Shown here: positions 63,703-64,000 of the stretch, piece by piece
Layout of the letters: each line of letters begins with the position of its first letter
Numbering within the stretch: the first letter of the stretch is position 1
Origin: Octopus sinensis
Lineage: Eukaryota
Assembly: GCF_006345805.1 (NCBI RefSeq)
Contig: NC_043021.1
Location: 22,568,001-22,632,000, forward strand
Direction of reading: 5' to 3'
DNA length: 64,000 nt
Position numbers and translations under genes: made by a program
Notes under the pieces: generated by a model
What the model was told of the DNA's origin: nothing
Seen by the model: only the letters and a program-made list of their open reading frames with translations
Databases searched by the model: none

Positions 63703-64000
63703 GCAGGAGTGGCTGTGTGGTAAGTAGCTTGCTAACCAACCACACGGTTCCGGGTTCAGTCCCACTGCGTGGCATCTTGGGCAAGTGTCTTCTGCTATAG
63801 CCCCGGGCCGACCAATGCCTTGTGAGTGGATTTGGTAGACGGAAACTGAAAGAAGCCTGTCGTATATATGTATATATATATGTATGTGTGTGTTTGTGTG
63901 TCTGTATTTGTCCCCCTAGCATTGCTTGACAACCGATGCTGGTGTGTTTACGTCCCCGTCACTTAGCGGTTCGGCAAAAGAGACCGATAGAATAAGTACT
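63703..64000 (+). mobile_element. SINE family A, cut by the window end
   Basis: Near-identical to the 29652 copy. Confidence 0.92.

Noticed and set aside
753-63922. Dozens of ORFs rich in Y/I, H/T, C/V, L/S or R/E dipeptides (for example 14228, 20217, 25730, 25890, 37449, 48394)
   Set aside because: They are translations of (TA)n, (CA)n, (CT)n and (TATG)n microsatellites, which lack stop codons.

Overview
This is eukaryotic, AT-rich, microsatellite-saturated non-coding DNA. The SINE architecture and the (TA)n/(CA)n load point to an octopod cephalopod (Octopus); that is an inference, not a database match. I recognise no intact cellular gene, and most supplied ORFs are microsatellite artefacts. 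The window holds several tRNA-derived SINE families (some in headless tandem arrays), two RTE-superfamily LINE 3' ends, mariner and Helitron relics, and several long fold-back hairpins. The main result is four sequence-unrelated type I hammerhead ribozyme (HHR) motifs of the minimal, short-stem-III kind associated with Penelope-like elements (PLEs), at about 3.3, 29.0, 48.9 and 56.8 kb. None has a recognisable RT or endonuclease ORF nearby, and three are built into long inverted repeats. Six perfect CRE palindromes and a few weak promoter or exon candidates suggest a regulatory or intronic region of an unidentified gene.
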